From positions 79,548,001 to 79,612,000 of the forward strand of contig NW_024704742.1 of the NCBI RefSeq assembly GCF_018977255.1: a stretch of DNA of 64,000 nucleotides, written 5' to 3'. Of this stretch, positions 37,771 through 51,477 are shown piece after piece. The stretch's first letter is position 1. Each line of letters opens with the position of its first letter. The notes below the pieces were generated by a model that was not told the DNA's origin, searched no databases, and saw only the letters and a program-made list of their open reading frames with translations. The DNA comes from Callorhinchus milii (taxonomy: Eukaryota). Made by a program: the position numbers and the translations under genes.

Positions 37771-38045
37771 CTCCTAATCCCTGATAAAGGTGTAAACAGT
37801 GGGACAGAAAGGGACATGGAGTAGGCCTATTTTAGCGAAAAGAATGGGAGAGCAGGGTAGATTTCAGAGTTAATTGTGCAAGGCAGTGGAGGAATTCAAA
37901 TGAATCAAATGAAACTTGGAAGATTATACCTTGTTAAAGAGATATTATGATGCCTCAACATGATTTAGAGTTGGATAGATAATTTATAGAACAAGAGTTA
38001 ATCTAACTATAACCTTAAGTAGAATTGTATGTGGGTATTAACTTT

Positions 38046-38320
38046 ATAATAATAATAATCTTTGCATTTGATGTTGCGCCTTATCATGTCATTGATAGGC
38101 CTCAAAGCGCTTCACAGAATTTACTGAAAAATGAATGGATTGTATATTTTATGGGCGAAATGTGGCAGCCATTGCTGTGTGTAACTGTGCTGCCTCGTTT
38201 GCCTACAAATATACAGTGACCCCATTTCACAAAAAATCTTGTGAAGCACTTTCAGACATCCTTCCAACGTGATAAAACACTATATCTAATGCTATATCTA
38301 TTATTACATTATTATTATTA
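38046..38320. mobile_element. Two SINE 3' fragments in inverted orientation
   Basis: Minus copy at 38046-38171 abuts a plus copy at about 38170-38320. Confidence 0.75.
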
Positions 38321-38733
38321 TTTTGCAATAGCGCCTACTACGTCAGGAAGGAATCTCAAAACACTTCACTTACAGGATTTACTGTAAACTGTAGTGCTTG
38401 TGTATTATGATTTTTAGGTGAATGTGGCAGCCAATTTGCATGCAGCAATATCCCACAAACAAGCATGAAGTGAATGATCAATTTTATCTGGGGGATTTAT
38501 GGCCAAGATACCAGCAGAATAATACCATGGGATCTTATAGTCCACCTGAACAGGCAGGCAGGACATCAGTTTAACATCTCATCTAAAGGACAGCACTTCC
38601 AACAATACAGCACCACCCAGTGCTAAATTAGAGTGTAAAGCCTAGCAATTTGAGTTCAAAGTCCCAACATGAGGTTTCAACCCACAACCGTCTGATTCAG
38701 AGGTGAAAGTGCGACCAACTGAGCCAGATTGAC
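38310..38733 (-). mobile_element. Full-length Deu-domain SINE
   Basis: Reverse complement of the 17572-type element, including the head. Confidence 0.82.
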
Positions 38734-39569
38734 ATTGCCCATTTGGTAGCAGAAATACTCAGCAAAGCATGTTAATATATGGTGAGACATGCAGCAATAC
38801 TGAACTAATCTGATCCGTGAAACAGTCAAACAAAACCTTTACCCAGGAAACGAAAGAGAAACACTAAATGTTTTGACTCATTCTTTTCCAACTTTTGCAA
38901 CAGAAATGCAGGGTTCATAATCTGATCTCAAGGAAGGGAAGAGGAGAGATCAGACACCAGTTGCATTCAAACAGAGCCACTGAGATTTGTTGTAAAAGAC
39001 TCCAGCTCTCTGTGGAGAAATGCGTGGCCTTTGCTTGTCTATGAACCACGGCTTGTCTGAGAAAGGCAGTGTTGGCGTGAATCTTATTCCACCAGCAATT
39101 TATTGTTATTTCTCTGTGCTGCGATACTCAACCTTGCTGTAAAATAGAATAAATTCTTCCATCTCTCTAATTATGTGTCAGCATTAAACACACCCAGATC
39201 TAAGGTTGTAGCCAAGATCCATGGCCAGAGGCAGAATCACCATCATCCATTTCAGATTTATAACAATGCTCTGGTTACGAAACAAACACTGAGGTGCATA
39301 TTGTTTATAATGCAGACTAAATGTGTCTTCAGAGTGCTTGCAGTATTCCAATGAGTTATTTGCATTGATATCTGAGTCGCCAGTGCTTTTGGTGGATGAC
39401 CAAGCACATCAAATTCACCAAGCATACCGTCCAGGTTTGGTAAATTCACTGGGAGGAGAAACCATTGGAGGATTAAAGTGGAGGCCGTGGGTCAAGTAGT
39501 ATTGGAACCAAGAGTGTATAGTCCTATAGAGGTGAATGAGGGAAGAGAGGTGATCTTGTTTTTGTTGTT

Positions 39570-39920
39570 GATCAAGGATTGACCCACAGAGGCTGGAAGG
39601 TTGTAGGTTTCAATCTCAATCTGTGCGTGAGATAGCTGACCCTGTGATGTACTTTGCGATATCCTGCTGAAGTGAAAGGCTATATGAAAATTCAAGGAGT
39701 ATTATCTTGTGTGATACAGCAGTTTGAGAGTTACAGTTGGCCTCAGTGTTCATGGGCACAGCAAGGAAAATCAGCCAGAAACCCACTTCTCTGGACGTTG
39801 GAGTGAGGACAGGACTATGATGCCTCCTGCGGAAGGATTATCCACTAAACACAGTCAAGAAGAGGGAGACCTGTATCCTTAGAACTCTACTCCAGTCGAG
39901 GAGGAATTATGGAGAACCAT
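39570..39920 (+). mobile_element. Ancient SINE-like repeat, family unassigned
   Basis: TTGGCCTCAGTG...GAAAATCAGCCAG...GTGAGGACAGGA resembles an old vertebrate SINE; related to 1240-1388. Confidence 0.4.
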
Positions 39921-41639
39921 TTCCATGAGGGGAAAAATGTCTTGCCTCAATTCATTCCAACTCACACCTGCAGTCACCTGATCCACACCTTTGCATTGTT
40001 CATTTGCTTAAGTTAACAGCTTGTGGGCTCTCATAATTTTCCAGTCATTAATTAAAGTGTTCCTTGAGGACGAGGAGTTGTTTACTGCTGGTGTTTCATT
40101 GCAAAAGATTGTTGACAGTTCCAGTTTCCTTTGGAAAACTATGGGACCCCACAGACCCTATTACAATGTGTAATCTGAGTTATGAAAATCAGTTCTCCAA
40201 GGGTTAATTAGAGACTCAGGCAACACCCGGGTCTGTGTGTCAGACAGATCACTTGAATTTTTCACCAATCCTAAAGCACTCTATTGTTCTGTTGAATAAG
40301 AGCTGGATTGTAGGTGGTATATTTTACCATTCCTCTTGCTGATTTGGTTACTCAGTTCTGTGGCAGAGACATGCAGTTGATATTGTATTAAATAAACAAT
40401 GTGTGAACTCCTCTGCTTAACATGCCGGTGTTTGCAAAGATTCCGTCTACACACACAGCTCTGGAAATGACTGGAGAAAGTGCCCCTTTGGGATCAGAGT
40501 TGCAGCAGAATTCCACCAGGACAAAGTGGGAAGATGCTTGACTTGGGAAAACTGCGCAATTTTTTGTTTGATGAAAACCAAAGGAATTAAAAGATCACAA
40601 AAAAAGGGAGCTGATACCTGGTGCTCTGAGCAGCTGGTGCATTTCATTATGCTGACAAACAGATTGTAAGGGAAAGACAAGTGAAGTTGGAAGAGGTACA
40701 TGCTATTTCTTTACTGATCATTGTATTTCTGGTTCTACCATATTGTGAAAGAACTAATGAGTGAACTGAATGGAAATAGGAGCTTCAGGCTTTCAAGGTT
40801 TCCAAACATAATAATAAATAATAGTCCTTACATTTCGTATAGTGGCTTTCATGTTGGGAGGACATCTCAAAGCACTTCACGGATATACTGTAAAGCCTAG
40901 TGACTGTATTTTGTAGGCGAATGCAGCGGTCAATTTGCATACAGCAGTGTCCCACAAATAGCCATAATGGCATTATCAAAATATACAATGTGGAAAAAGA
41001 ATATTTCAAAGGACAAAGCAAAACCTAACAGAAATTAATTTTCAGAAAACATAGTTCAGAGCTAGCAATTATAACTCAGAACCTGCTGCTTTTTTTTATT
41101 TAAATAAGTTTTTGACATATATATTGTAAACACAATATCTTTTACATGGTCTTAGCTTACTGTATAAATGTGCTTAGCTGAAAGTGCCTTATGAGTAATC
41201 AGTCTATTGTTATGATGTGTGCAGTGTTTAACACAAAACTAATCGCTTCTAATTTAACTGTTGTGTTACGCAAGGTTACAGCTAGGTTAATGCAGTCACA
41301 GGGCAAAAAATTTGAACAGTAAAGTGGAAATGATGTATAGCTTTAATATAACTTTTATACTGCATTGTAAAGATTGAGAAACCATAAAAGTAAAGACACA
41401 ATGATGTAAAAATAGAAATGTCAGCTTATTAATGACAAACAGTCAGGCCTGTTCCAAGACTGCACGAAAGGCAATCTATTCATTCTTCGCCCATGGAGTA
41501 TTGGTTAATTCATTACAAATTGCTGGCCAGCCTGACCCAATCATTAGAGGATCAGCAGCAAACCACATCTTAAGAGTCCCATTGAAGAGCCTGAATTAGG
41601 AATTTCTGGCTTGCAAAACTAAAATTCCCATTTGTCTGG

Positions 41640-42065
41640 GATTGGTTAGGACATGGGTAGAAAATTCCATCACTTTTCGAACAGTGCCAGGGGATCTTTA
41701 ATGTCCACCTAGACAGGTGGGTGGGACCTGGGTTTAGTGTCTGATCTGAAGGACAGCACTTCTGTCAATGCAGCACACCTACATTGAAGTGTCATCTTAT
41801 ACCAGGGTGGCCAATTGGCGGTCCGTGGGCCAATTTCATCCGGTCCCCCACTACTCCATTTCATCTGGCCCACCTGCTTGCTCCATAACCTATAAATGTT
41901 GTTGTATTTCTGGAAGGGAAACACAGAAATATTGCTTACGTGGCCCATGGCCGTTTCTCAAATAGGGCATCTGGCGCTCAGCAGCCAAAAGGTTGGACCA
42001 ACCCTGTTTTAGACTGTATTATTTCAAAATCCATGGCAAGCATGCTATCAACTTTGCCAGGCTGC
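41640..42065 (-). mobile_element. Deu-domain SINE split by a hAT MITE
   Basis: Deu block at 41640-41802; head remnant resumes at 42007. Confidence 0.65.
41803..42006. mobile_element. hAT (Charlie-like) MITE
   Basis: Terminal inverted repeats CAGGGTGGCCAA / TTGGACCAACCCTG; degenerate 8-bp duplication TCTTATAC / TTTTAGAC. Confidence 0.7.
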
Positions 42066-42792
42066 CACCACAGCATGATTAACAACTTGATTTAATGTCT
42101 CCAGATATTATAAAAATAATTAATAATCCACACATTTGATATAGTGGCTTTTGTGTCAGAAGGATGTCTCAAAGCACATCACAGATATACTGTGAAGCCT
42201 AGTGACTTTATTTTTGTATTCCTTGCAAATACCGGCATGTGGAGCAGAGCAGTCCTAACATTGGTTAATAAATACAATATCCATTGCATATCTTGCCCAC
42301 AGAATTGACCAACTACCACAGTGACTATCCCCCTTGGGGAAGGGAAGCTTGGTTTCTTCGGAGGTGAGCAACCTCCAAGATGAAAAAACCTTCTGTGGTG
42401 GTCTCGGTAGCCCCTACCCTGAGCCAGACAGGTCCACAGTATTCCAGGGCACTGATGATGACAGCACAGCCAACTTGGCTCATTGGCAGGACTTGGAAAG
42501 GCAGTTAGTCACTGGGGACAGGGATTCTTCCAACTCAGCTCCTGTTAACCCTGCAAGCCAAAACCCGAACAGGTAGGGTGGGCTTAGCTAAGCAAGCAGT
42601 GAAAAAACTTCCCAGACATTACTTTCAATGGCAAACTATGTGGTTTTGCTGGTTAGACTCCAGCATTACCCCAATGCACATTCTGGGGTCCCCAAGCCTT
42701 GGCTCTTGCCAACCTGTGCCTAATACTTTCCGGAATTAGGCAAGTAGGATGTATCCCTCCAGGGAGAGAGTGTGCATTTCATTTCAATGCAT

Positions 42793-43443
42793 ATCATAGA
42801 ATCACAGAATTATACACAAAGAAGGAGGCCATTCGACCCATCGTGTCTGTGCCGGTCCTTTGAAAGAGCTGTTCAACAACAACAAGATTACATTTATAGA
42901 GCGCCTTTCACATCGGGAAGACGTCCCAAAGCACTGAAATGAATCCCACTCCCCGTAATCTCCCCATAGCCCTGCAAACTTGTCCTCCCCAAATATCTAT
43001 CTACTTCTATCTTGAAAGTTGTCATTGAATCGGCTTCCACCACTCTTTCAAGCAATGCATTCCAGATCTGAACAACTTGCTGTTTTAAAAAATGTCTGCT
43101 CACCTCCCCTCTAGTTTGTTTGGCAACTATTTTAAATCTGTGTCCTCTGGTTACCGACCCATGCGCCAGTGGGAACATTTTCTCCCTGTTCACCCTATCA
43201 AATCCCTCATAATTTTGAACACCTCAATTAAATCTCCCCAAGGAGAATAATCCTAGCTTCTTTAGCCTCTCCTCATGACTGAAAACCCTCATTCCTGGTA
43301 CCATCCTGGTAAATCTCCTTTGCACCCTCTCCAAGGCCTTGATATCCTTCCTAAAGTGTGGTGCCCAGAACTGACCACAGTACTCTAGCTGAGGTCTAAC
43401 CAGTGTTTTATTAAGGTTCATCATAACCTCCTTATTTTTGTAT
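42793..43443 (-). mobile_element. CR1 LINE 3' fragment with a nested L2 tail (42874-42936)
   Basis: [39 protein letters not shown] and TRGHRFKI; (ATTCTRTG)-type tail. Confidence 0.95.
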
Positions 43444-44855
43444 ATCTCGTGAATTTCCTTGTATAGGTAGGATGCATGGAATTCTCAATTAGGTTCGATA
43501 CACTTAAGTATGGTGATGGGTTTCCGCATGTGTCAGACAGCTTCGTGGGAAAGGATGGTTGTTCAGGAAGGATGAAAACAAATGTGCCAAAGGGTTTTCG
43601 TCATCTGAATCAATGTTCTATTTATAATCTTGTGTTTGTAGTGAAGGGGCTGTGTGTTTCACAGCAATATATTCTGATACTTTAAGTTTTTGAAGAGTCT
43701 TATGGAGGTAGCCCCTACCCCCCATTATTCAGGAGCTGTTATATAACCCGGACCTGTTATCAAACACCAATCTGGATGCCATGGAGCAAAAACATTGCAA
43801 TTGCAGAGAGGTTAGGCCAACTTTTTGTCAAGGGACACAATCCCAGGCCGTGTCTTTCCCGTGTATCACTTTCAGTTAGACTCCAACATGTTACACTACT
43901 GAGTGATGGGGATTTGGATTTACTCCAACTATTGCTTAAATGGCATTCTCCTACCTCAGTCATACCAAGTGAGCAGTGGCTGAATTATCCCAATTCTCAA
44001 TGCTCAGGAAAGCTAAGAAAATAGAAAATAAACCTACATCTGGAATTTATCTTGCATAGTTCTTTGAATTATGATCAACATCTGATCACCTGTGGTGCTC
44101 ACCTCCTGATGCCACTTAAACCTCATTCATGTCTTTGTCTCCACCCATCTTGAAAAAATGCAAGTTACTGTTGTTAAATTTAACGCAGGCCTTCTCTTTT
44201 GTTAATGGATGTTGGGTTGGACTGTGCCTTCCAGTAGCCTTGGCTTGCTCTCTTTTTACCGAAGAACACTGGAATGCGAGTGAGCAGAACTGATTTGTCA
44301 CCTCACTAATATCTTCTACCTGGGCAGACTGCAGTGAAATACCAGTAACGTTAAGGAGCAGCAAGTAACTGGAGGGCCAATGAGAAAGGGAAGAAAGCTT
44401 TATTGTGAGTACAGCTGCCTTAGGCCATTCAGTCACAACTTTCTCCAGCAAACTGTGATTCAGTTGTACAGCAGTGAGGCAGCCATTACTAAACATGGTG
44501 AGAAGTCCATGAATCACTGTCATTGTCAGATGGGAATAAATGTTGCTACTGTTATTTGGGAACAAAATAGAAGGGACGTAAAATAAATACAGGCACAATT
44601 TGGGATAAATGATGAAAGGCAACAGCCAAATCGAGTTGTAGCATTCTGACTGAACACATGCTTACACTGAACATGCACTGCAGAATGCTCCTCAGTAAGT
44701 CTGCAGTAATAACATCACAGCATAACAATTGCTCTTATGATGCCTTATGGCAGCAAAGAGTGTATTGACTATTATTGACTGCACTGACAACTCAAATAAA
44801 AACCACAGCACCCTTTCGAATAAAACCTTGATATAAAGCTAAACTGTGCATTTTG

Positions 44856-45155
44856 TAATAATAATAATAATCCTTGCATTTGATGTAGCGCTTTTCACGT
44901 CTTCTAGATGTCTCAAAGCGCTTCAAGTGAATTGACTGTATACTTGTAGGCAAAACGAGGCAGTCAATTGCACACAGAAGTGTCCCACAAACAGTCGTGG
45001 ACCGAAGTGACCAATTTATTATTGGGTTTTTTTCTTGAGGGATTATTATTATCAGGCATATGGAGTAAGGAAACTTGGCTAAGTTTTCGCTCTGCCGGGA
45101 AACGAACCCAGATCTCTCGCTTGAGAGGCGAGTGCTCTAACCACTGAGCTACAGG
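44856..45155 (-). mobile_element. Young tRNA(Ala) SINE
   Basis: Reverse complement of the 6620-type element. Confidence 0.9.
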
Positions 45156-45639
45156 CCTAGCTCAATTCACAAGAGGTGATTCACAAGTAAGAGGTGAATT
45201 GCCATGTAGTGATTTTGAATGTGTGGTGTATTTCAGTGGGTTCATGTCTTCTCTCACATTATAAGGCAGGTTTCTATTAGATAAACAGAAGTGGGTGACA
45301 TAAAGTAAGGAATTAAGTTTGTGGTATCTGATAATGTGTTCTTTGTTTTAATTAACATGCTATCAAATAAATATGTAAAATGGGATAAACATGCAAAGAA
45401 ATTCAGGCTATATCAATTTGCGGGATGAATATGCAATCAAGAATAGGACTGAAATTTGAACAGTACAAAGCCCAGTAATTGCACTTATTGGATCTGGCTG
45501 CATTGTAAACATCCACCTTGTGGTCATTAGGTTGCAGTGTGTTTGCTTATCTCGCTTTACCTCTCTAACTTTGTGTGTGTGTCTCTGGTTGTGTATTTAC
45601 TCTCTCTCAGTTTGTATGTGTTGTCTTTCTTTCTATATA

Positions 45640-46495
45640 TGTTAATGGGGTTAACTTCCACATGTATGTGTATTAACAGCCTAAATCTTCAACTTTTGGT
45701 CAGACATTAAGGCCCCAATGAGCTAAAATTTCCTGTAACTAAACATGAACAAGAGAGAAGCCATCTTGGCTAATGCCAACATCTCCTCACTTTGGCTCTG
45801 ATCTCCTCAACCTCCCAAGCTTCTCTTAAACTTACCCAACCAATGTGCAACCTTGGTGTCTGGTTCGATTCTGATCTCTCCTTTCTTTCTCACATCTAGT
45901 GATACTGACTCACATTGCTTTATTCACCTTTTGCATCAACTGCTTCCACCCAATATTACACTAACTGGCACCAAAACCCCTTTACCCACACATTCTCTTG
46001 GCTGGATTTTGCTAACACACTCATCCCTAGCTTCGTCATCCATATTCAAGTTATCCAAAACTCCATCATCACTCACACCAAACTCCATATGTCCACCACC
46101 CCAGTCCTTACCACTGGCTCCCATCTCTTAATGGACAGATTTCAAGATCGTCACTCAAGTACAAATTCTTTCATGCCCGAGCACTTGTTCCAAACTCTCC
46201 AATCTCCTTCTACCCCACTCCTCTGCCTGCCACCACCACTGGGATAACTCAGTACCCTACCTGCACCACCATTGGTGACTGAGCTTTCCAATTCTACTCT
46301 CCTAATCTCTGGAGCTCCCTCTCTCAACCTCTCTGTCAGGCCCCTTTTTTAATCTATCTTCAAGTACCGGCCTCAAAATTAACCTTCTTGACCATTTCTA
46401 TGGTCACCTCCTCCTTCCCTCCCTGCTCGGCATCCAGCCCCACCCTTGTAAAGATGTTATTTTACATGCAGGACGCTATATAAATGGAAATCTTG
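45640..46495 (+). mobile_element. Old L2 fragment
   Basis: Degenerate GVNFHMY, CAACCTTGGTGTC and CACTGGCTCCC motifs plus tail. Confidence 0.7.
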
Positions 46496-46894
46496 TCTCT
46501 CTCTAACTGTGCGTTTGCTTTCTCTCTCTGTAACTATGTATATGTGTAGTGTGTTTCTCTCTCTTTAATCCTGTATATACCTGGATCGGGTTTCTCTCAT
46601 TGTCGGATCACGGTTCCACTCAGGTAAATTGCAAACCTGGAAATGTCACGCTTCTGTGTGCGGCTATTTTTTTCCCCCAACATCCCAGCTCTATTTCACT
46701 TCCACATGGATTCTCCATTATTGATAAGCAGACACACAGATAATCGATGGGCAGTTATGTAGTCTTCTCCTGTAGTGTGAGGTAACATTGGGCTCAAAAT
46801 CTGTGATATGTTAATTAAGACTAGTGATAATTTTCATATGGCGTATAAATGCGACCAACAAATCTCGTTAATAATTAGACAGTTGATATGTATA

Positions 46895-47103
46895 CACAGT
46901 CGATAACTGAAAGCCATGCTCCTGACTTTTATGACAGTGGCTAAGACAGTACATCAGACTGCAGGTTAGCAGGATGCTGATTTAAAAGTATTGGTAATAG
47001 CCGATATCCCATGAACCGGCAAATCAATGCTGTGGATTTACGAATCAGTTTGGAACTCAACCATTGTAACTCAGTTAAGTATTGTCTTTAGTTATCGACT
47101 GTG
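46895..47103. repeat. Inverted-repeat element (family C)
   Basis: Perfect 14-bp inverted repeat CACAGTCGATAACT / AGTTATCGACTGTG, with imperfect pairing extending inward. Confidence 0.6.
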
Positions 47104-47119
47104 CTGGGAGAACCAGATT

Positions 47120-47397
47120 TTAAGAGCACAGAAGGAGGCCATTTAACCCATCATGTATATGCCAGCTGTTATACCTATCTGCCTTTTCTCCATAAACTTT
47201 AATATTTTGCCTTTTCAATTTTTTCTCTAATTCCATTTTAAAACCTGTTAGGAATTCTGCTTCAACAATTTTGGTGGGGCATTCCAAGTCCTAATAACTC
47301 TGTAACACAAATGCCCTAACCACATCACTTTGTTTTTTTTAATAAATGATGTGAAATTTAAGTCTTCTCGTTACCAACTCACCTACCAGTGGGGATA
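47120..47397 (-). mobile_element. CR1 3' fragment (old)
   Basis: AGCACAGAAGGAGGCCATT tail and degenerate ORF2 end. Confidence 0.7.
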
Positions 47398-48869
47398 GAA
47401 ATCAAATTGTGAACCACGACAACTATTTAAAATGTATGCAGGTAGGTTCCAGATTGCAGGCAACCCCTGATATCACGTAACCACTTCTTAAATCCAGATC
47501 AAAAACATTGGAATTTGACTGGTTGGAACTACAGCATTCAGATTGATTCAATGCATATGTTCTTTGGTTCTGCATTATTCTCAAATGTGACTAATATCTA
47601 GCATTAGAAATTGAAAGCATCACTTTTATTTAAGATGTAACATTGGAAAAACCACACATCTTGAAAAAAAATGTCAGTGTTCAAAGTGCTAACATTTCAA
47701 AGGAATATATGATTTTTATTTATATGAAAAAGCTTTCTTATTTTAAAAAAACCTTTACTATTTACTGCTGTAAATGTCAACTCATTGTGATATTTTGTTC
47801 AAAATGTACTTCTACATTTTTCTTCAAACTGTCACACAATCAGCCTTTCGTACCATAAACCCAACAAAATCATAACCTTTTCAATCTTTATATGGAACAA
47901 TCTATCCCTATTGTTTGTTCGGTGTGATTTACTACAAAACAACACAATTAACTGCTGTCAGTAATCTCGGTGGCAATCCGGTGTTGCTCTTCAGAAATGG
48001 TGAAATTCTGCATTCTGACTGTTTGACTTCTGAGTTCACATCAAGAACTCAGGATGTTAGTCCGTGCAATGCAGATTAATCAGATCTCTCTTTTGCCATT
48101 GTACGCTGCTACTGTAAACATCGAACTGCAACAAGAATCAGCAAATCTAAATGGCGCTAGGAGAAGGTAAAGACATACCTTTGCACTTTAGAGTCTCTCA
48201 GTGCTGACAGAAATCTCTCTTATTGTAATAGATAAATAATATCTGCATTTGATATAGGATCTCACCACGTCAAAATGTTCTAAAGTACTTCACACAGTGA
48301 ATTACTGCTAAATGCTGTTATGTTGGATAATGTGGCAGGTAATCTGCGCAAGAACATCTGACAAAACACAATATGATGGATGACCGATTCATCTGTTTCA
48401 GTGAGAGATAAAATACTGTTCTTGGAGTATCATGGCAGTTAAGCAATGTTTGCATGTTATTGTGCCATCAAGTTTATTGTGCCGAATGACTCCTGTGAGC
48501 TGTGTTGCTGATGCTACGTTTAATAACGCGATCTGTCATGCCATGGGAATTATCTCAAATATATAAAAATCAGGAACATGTTAATGGAGGTTATCACGCA
48601 CTGTTTGCCAACTGCAGCAAGGAATCCCATTATAAGCATACATCAAAAGTTCTACTGCGGCCACAAAGCCATGAATAATTTAGTGATTCAGATGCAATGG
48701 GCTGAACATGTACCCTATCCTCCCCTCAACCCTGAGGGGAACATTTCTATGTTTTTATATCCAGCGATGTACGTCATTAAAAGAAAGGCATTTCTCGGTG
48801 AATTTTAATTCTCAGCTGAGTGTGGGTTGTCAGTGTTGAAGAATGGAGGATGCCTCCTCTTTGAATTTG

Positions 48870-49232
48870 GGTCATGGTAAATTAAATAGGAATGGATTAT
48901 TTCCATTCTGATCAATGTCTCAGTAATGAAGGAGCATGGATATAAAGTGATGAGAAAAAGAATTAAAAGGGTAGTTTAGGGGAAAAACATTCTCTACACG
49001 AAGGTGGCTGGAATATTGAATTCTCTGCTCAAAACCATTGTTGAATCAGATTACATAAATCATTTTAAAAGGGAATCAGATATTTTCTTAAATAGAATAA
49101 TTATTGTAGGAGGAGAGTGCAGGAGAGTGGGATTGGGTGGAATTAGGAATTACATTATGCATATCATGTTGAGAAAAACCCAAAGCAGACTTGGTGGCCA
49201 ACTTCTATGTTACAACATTCTATAATTCTACA
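48870..49232 (+). mobile_element. CR1 3' fragment (old)
   Basis: Degenerate ORF2 end and ATTCTAT tail. Confidence 0.6.
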
Positions 49233-49671
49233 AGAATCTAATTATTGTCAAACACATTAGGTTTAGTATGATTCAAATGGATGCTAACACTTCCTCAACT
49301 TGGAGCCAACAATGTATCCCCAACCCCAAGAGCATGCTGGCCACCCTTGTTGTTACCGTATCGTTCTCGGGAGAATAATAATAATACATACATTAGTGTA
49401 GCACCTTTCATGTCAGGAGGACGTCTCAAAGACCTTCATAAGATTCACTGTAAAATGCAGTCATTGTGTGTTTTGTGGGCGAAGGGATTCAGCTATTTCA
49501 GGTCAGGGAAAAAACAAAGTGAAAATTTTTATTGCTTTATATGAAGTTCTCTCATATTTCAGTGCTTTTTTTTGCATTTGATATATCTGCTCATATATAT
49601 ATATAAAATATAGTATATCGAATATATATGCCAAATAATTTTGCTTGAACATTATCTGATTTGCTCATTCT

Positions 49672-50070
49672 ATCGGGGTAATAATCCCTCAAATAAAAAA
49701 TGTTGCTTAATCAACTACTGTTTGTGGGATGCATTTTGCCCACAAAATACACAGTTACTACACTTTACAATATAATCTGTGAGGTGCTTTGTGACATCTA
49801 TAGTGATAAGGCACTATAACAAATGCAAGGACTATTATTGTTATGGTGCCTTTCACATCAGGAGGTCATTTCCAAGCACTTCACAGGATTTACTGTAAAA
49901 CTCAGGGGCTGTATTTTGTGGGCAATAGCAGCAATAACCGTCAAAAAGCCAGGAAGTGAATGACCAATTTTATTTCGAGGTTTGCTGGCCAGGAAACATG
50001 GGAAACTTCCTTCCTTTGTTCAAATAGTGCCATGGAATATTTAAACTCCACCTGATCAGAAGGATCAATC
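49672..50070. mobile_element. Tail-to-tail SINE pair (plus 49672-49842, minus Deu SINE about 49835-50070)
   Basis: Shared 3' segments in opposite orientation. Confidence 0.7.
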
Positions 50071-51477
50071 CATTTTAATTGTCTATTATGACAGAATTTC
50101 AAAGCAATTTGAGGTTAGCCTCAAAAGGGTTTTGAACATTTGACATCATTTTGAAATTTGGCTTCCCCTAGCCACTACCGATCTCAACAGCATCCTTTTG
50201 CTTTGCATCACTGGACAGAATAGCATGACTAAACAAGCAGACAATAATATAGAGCAGCAAGCTCTATAATTTGAGGTGGATAAATGACCCCTGGACTGTA
50301 CAATGAGTGCTTTAAGATGTGAGGTTAAAAAGCACTTGAATTATCCTTCAGGCCTTTTTAATCAATTATGTAGCAATTACATTCACTTATTTCGTTTGAG
50401 AAATATCTGAACTGCTTATTCTTAGCGTGTGGTGAGGTTTCACGATAATATTGCAGAGGCTGGCCCTCACAAAATTTCTTTACAGCTTGTTTGACATTCT
50501 ACCTTCTGCAGACCTAGATGAGGTTCTTGTAAGGGTCTGATCAATTTGTGACAAACAACTTTATATTCATTCGAGAAGCAACCAAGTTTGGTTTGGCAAG
50601 GATTTTACAAGGTTGTAACAGTGAGAAAACAATCCCTGAGGACAAATCCCTTAGGATTGTTATTTGCAGAGTAGGATTTTATTTGTATATCTTTGGTGAG
50701 AAGTCTATAAACCTTGTATTTTAGCAGCAGATTCTAACCAGCTTTTATATATCAGGGAAAATTATAAATATTGGAAATTCTGCAGCCAACACAAGAAAAG
50801 GAGTGCATTTTTCTTTCTATAGTATATGTCAAATGAGTTTTGAAACAATATTACAGGTACAAAAGTCAATAAATTATTCATGGGAGCTGTGATTATGATT
50901 TATGTCGCTTTGATTTGTATGAATCCTTGTTTAGTACAGTTTACCACTGCAGCCTCTCACCTGCTGACCTAGTTCCCTCTATAATGGAATCACAGGGCTA
51001 GTATGATAGACTCCAGTGGGGTAAAATGTTCTACACCTATGGTTCCACCATATGATTGCTATTTCGCTGGCAGAACAGAGTTACAAGACAGTGTAACTAT
51101 TTAAATGCCTCAATAACGATTAGAGACTGGAAGGATTGTTTTTCTCATGCAGTAGTGGATCTGTGGAATGGATTTAAAGCAAAAATAGTTAATACTATAT
51201 GGTTTAATAGGGTCGAAGTTATGGTCTTCCGAAACACATTCCATGTTCATGGAACCCTGTTAAAATGTGTTTTGAATAAGAGGACTGCCGAAACCCATCT
51301 GAAAAATTATCCTATTCTTGAATTGGCGCTCATTGGCGCTATCTCAAAGCAAACGGTAAAGCGCCTTACCATGTCATCAAGATGTCTCAAAGCGCTTTAA
51401 GGAATATACTGTAAAATAATGTGATGCTCATCTTTTGTTAGTGAAAAACAGGCTTTCCGAGTTTATCCAGGGGAAAA

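Noticed and set aside
42320..42640. GC-richer segment that could be a retroelement 5' UTR
   Set aside because: No assignable motif and no second copy in the window
43476..44622. ORFs 43476-43685, 43776-44024 and 44116-44622
   Set aside because: No recognisable domain or exon structure; lengths are compatible with chance
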